64,000 nucleotides of DNA, taken from positions 352,001-416,000 of the forward strand of contig CAVPOM010000009.1 in NCBI GenBank assembly GCA_963707025.1, read 5' to 3'. Shown here in pieces: positions 60,784 to 64,000 of the stretch. The position numbers and the translations under genes were made by a program. The notes under the pieces were generated by a model. The model was given only the letters and a program-made list of their open reading frames with translations, made no database searches and had not been told where the DNA came from. The DNA is from an uncultured Verrucomicrobiae bacterium. GTDB lineage: Bacteria; Verrucomicrobiota; Verrucomicrobiia; Limisphaerales; Palsa-1400. The stretch's first letter is position 1, and every line of letters begins with the position of its first letter.

Positions 60784-61419
60784 TCAGGCCATTGAGTTTT
60801 TCAGCCTTTCGACTTCTTCCTTGATCCCTTCCGAGACGCGATGTTTCGTCAAATACACCTGGCCGACAGCGATCCCAAAAGTTTTGGCAATCCTGCCTGG
60901 CGCCCACTCTTTATTCACATACAAGTCAAAGACTTGATAATGCTGGGGGTTGAGATTGCGTTTCACTTTCACCATTGCGGCTTCAAGGAGAGTTTCTTTC
61001 CATTCCAATTCCCACAACGCTTCCAGGTCCAGTTTCGTCCGCTCAGGGATATTGTCCAATGTGTCGGCAGTGCTGGAATTGGAATTATTGTCGGAATGCG
61101 AATATGCCCGGCACACCGGGTCACGCTTTCGGAACTGGTCCGTGATGCGCCATCGAGTCATATTCATGAGCCATGTTTTGAACGAGCCAATTCTTCGGTC
61201 ATACTTGAAATTGGGCATGTGTTTGGCAACCGAGATCATCGTTTCCTGCACAACATCCTGCGCTTCAGTCCCGGTTAAACCGCTTTTGACCGCGACGCCA
61301 TAGATGAGCTTCCAGTAGGTGTCAAAGAAGTCCTGCCAGCTTGCCTGGTCCTGCCAATCTTTGAGGCGTTTGATCAGAGTTGTACGGGTGCGGATCAACT
61401 CATTATTCCGTTTTTGCAC
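60784..61419 (-). CDS. ECF sigma-70 factor (PVC-type)
   Basis: TRTTLIKRLKDWQDQASWQDFFDTYWKLIY, EAQDVVQET, GSFKTWL, IAKTFGIAVGQVYLTKHRV. Confidence 0.92.
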   Translation of the reverse strand: MQKRNNELIRTRTTLIKRLKDWQDQASWQDFFDTYWKLIYGVAVKSGLTGTEAQDVVQETMISVAKHMPNFKYDRRIGSFKTWLMNMTRWRITDQFRKRDPVCRAYSHSDNNSNSSTADTLDNIPERTKLDLEALWELEWKETLLEAAMVKVKRNLNPQHYQVFDLYVNKEWAPGRIAKTFGIAVGQVYLTKHRVSEGIKEEVERLKNSMA

Positions 61420-61812
61420 GAATCAATTAAGCACGCTTCCGGGTCGAATGGCAAATGAAATGAAGTGGGCCCTGTGGGGCCAATTCATGAACCCCCGGGT
61501 CGTAGTGCGCTTTTCACCCCTCCGCGCTCCTCGATGCAGTCGCAAGCAGGAGAATCTCGCACAATTCACGATCCTGAACAAAGTTGGAGTCCGTCCGAGT
61601 TCATGAAACGGTAAACCGTTGAGGATCAACAGCTTCATCGTGACCATCCATTGGCGCCATCGCGCCGTTGGCCGGTTGGCCGGCTGGCCCTTTTGACCAT
61701 TATTTCATTGACGGGATTTGCATAAAAGTGGCTTCATCCATCCAACAGCAGTGTTCGGGAAAGGCCGGCTCCAAGAATATGATTCGCAGTCTCAGTAACG
61801 CTTCGTTAAGCC

Positions 61813-64000
61813 ATGCGCCATCAAACACAGGAACATAACCAGTTGAACCCGTGTTCAAACGGCGGCCGGGCAGTATTGACCGCCACAATCTTGTGCTGTT
61901 TTTTGACCGGCGTTGGGAAGTCTCTCGCTCAGGATGTAACGGCCGGCCCGATGAAGAACGAAATCCGCATCGTAGAAATCCAAGGCACAGTGGAAACTTC
62001 CCCTGTCGGCACAACGACCTGGATGCTCGCACAAACCAACCAGACCCTGCATCCGTTCGATCGGTTGCGGACAGGAACAGACAGTCGTGTCGCTTTCCGT
62101 TGGTCCGATCAAAGCGTTATGCAATTCAACGCGTCAACGGAGCTTGAAGTTTTGCCACCGGACTCGCCCGATGCGCAAAGTGGCCTCCATTTAATCCGGG
62201 GGATGATCTCCTTTTTTCATCGTGACGAACCGGGCCGCATCCGGGTCATAACTCGCGGCGCGGTCGCCGGCGTGGAAGGGACTGAATTTGTCCTGGCTGT
62301 GAATGATACGGATCGCACGACGGTGTCTGTGATTGATGGCAAGGTTAGATTTGGCAACGGAGAGGCCACGATCCTGCTGACCAACGGCCAGCAGGCCTTT
62401 GCCGATGTTGGCAATCCGCCCGTTCGCACCCCCAGTTTTGTTGCCAACAACATTCTGCAATGGTGCTTTTATTACCCCGCCGTGCTCGACCAGGCTGATC
62501 TGGCGCTCACGCCAGACGAACAAGCCGTCCTCAAGGAATCACTCGACGCATATCGTGCGGGTGATTTGCTAGTTGCGCTGGCAAAATACCCAGCCTCACG
62601 CCAGACCGCCTCTGGCAGCGAGCGCATTTATCATGCTGCGTTGTTGCTCTGTGTCGGCCAAGTCGAGGAAGCCGAAACTTTGCTTTCTTCCTTGCCCAAC
62701 GCCGATAGTTCCGGGCGTTCTCAACGTCTGGCCAGCGCGATCCGCCAACTCATCTCCGCAGTAAAACGACAATCAAATCCTTCGATCCCGAACCCGCAAC
62801 TTGCCACCGAATTCCTTTCGCAGTCCTATTATGAGCAATCGCAGGCAACCCCTCAAGTTTCTTTGGAGGCCGCGCTAAAGTCGGCAAGAGAAGCGGCCGC
62901 CAAATCACAGGAATTCGGCTTTGCCTGGGAGCGGGTGGCCGAACTGGAGTTCAGTTTTGGACATACACAGAGCGCGCTGGATGCCCTGGACAAAAGTATT
63001 GCGATATCACCCCGCAACGCCCAAGCGCTCGCATTGAAGGGATTCCTCCTCGCCGCACAAAATCGAACCGATGAAGCCATCGTCTGGTTCGACCGCGCGC
63101 TTGCGGTGGATTCCGCCCTCGGCAACGCATGGCTGGGACGCGGCCTTTGCCGCATCCGTCGTGGAGATGCGGCTGGCGGACGCGAAGATTTGCTGGTGGC
63201 TGCCGCGCTTGAACCGCAACGCGCCGAGTTGCGCAGTTATTTGGGGAAGGCTTACGCCAATGCGGGTGATTACCCGCGCGCCTCCAGGGAACTTCAACTG
63301 GCGAAGGCATTGGACCCCAATGACCCGACGGCATGGCTTTACACCGCATTGCTTAATCAGCAAGACAGCCGAATTAACGAAGCCATCCGGGATTTGGAAA
63401 AATCAGAATCCTTGAATGACAACCGAAGCGTTTATCGCTCCCAGTTGTTATTGGATCAGGACCGTGCGCTTCGCAGCGCCAATCTGGCTGCGCTGTATCG
63501 AGACGCCGGCATGACGGATGTCAGTGTGCGCGAGGCTTCACGGGCAGTGAACTACGACTACGCGAATTATTCCGCTCACCTCTTTTTGGCGAACAGCTAT
63601 AATCAACTGCTCGATCCGAACGAGATCGCCTTGCGTTACGAGACGGCGGCGGAAAACGAATACTTGCTCGCCAACCTGCTTTCTCCGGCGGCTGCCGGGC
63701 CATGTCGCCGGCCATATCACAGCAGGAGTATTTCAGACTCTTTGAGGGCAACCGACCCGGTATTTTAACGGACACGGAATATCTCAGCCGGGGAGCGTGG
63801 AATGAAGTGGGCGCTCAATACGGCACTGATGGCAATTTCAGCTATAACCTTGAGGAGGACTACAAGACGGATCCCGGTCAACAAGTGAACAATGATTTCG
63901 AACGACGGGGTTTGAGCCTCACGCTCAAGCAACAATTCACGCCTAAGGATGGCATCTATGTGCAGGCGGTGGGGTATGACGCCGATGGCGGGGACTTGCA
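61813..64000 (+). CDS. FecR-TPR protein continuing into a probable outer-membrane beta-barrel (frameshift near 63700; runs off window)
   Basis: Signal peptide, FecR (DRLRTG, AGVEGTEF, VSVIDGKV), many TPRs, NDNRSVYRS; the shifted frame continues MSPAISQQEYFRLFE...NNDFERRGLSLTLKQQFTPKDGIYVQ. Confidence 0.85.

Overview
GC-rich bacterial DNA, most consistent with a flagellated Verrucomicrobiota genome (subdivision 3, Limisphaerales/Pedosphaera-like). This taxonomy is inferred from protein styles such as the ECF sigma, integrase N-terminus, SWIB protein and pilin. 1-15.9 kb looks like core genome: flgFGAHI under a sigma54-type promoter, two bactofilins, an 840-bp non-autonomous element with terminal inverted repeats and an internal iteron-like array, two GT2 enzymes, a TPR protein, a sigma54-driven type IV pilin, a PAS kinase, FucP/RbsD and a tandem cytidylyltransferase. 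15947-33081 is a ~17-kb island bounded by a 21-bp direct repeat of a tRNA (Thr-like) 3' end. It has a broken integrase and carries a chemosensory cluster with no stand-alone CheY, including a heme-c plus hemerythrin chemoreceptor. Right of 33081 a second accreted region begins: vapBC, a rolling-circle HUH Rep with an upstream hairpin, and three related IS3 copies that share a conserved structured 3' segment and disrupt a membrane protein, dinB and a cupin-PAS-kinase chimera. After that come an ~18-kb two-component signalling cluster, an ECF sigma factor and a FecR-TPR-barrel gene running off the window. Several 1-bp frameshifts, mostly in short homopolymers, suggest long-read sequencing errors. 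No CRISPR array, rRNA or intact tRNA was seen.
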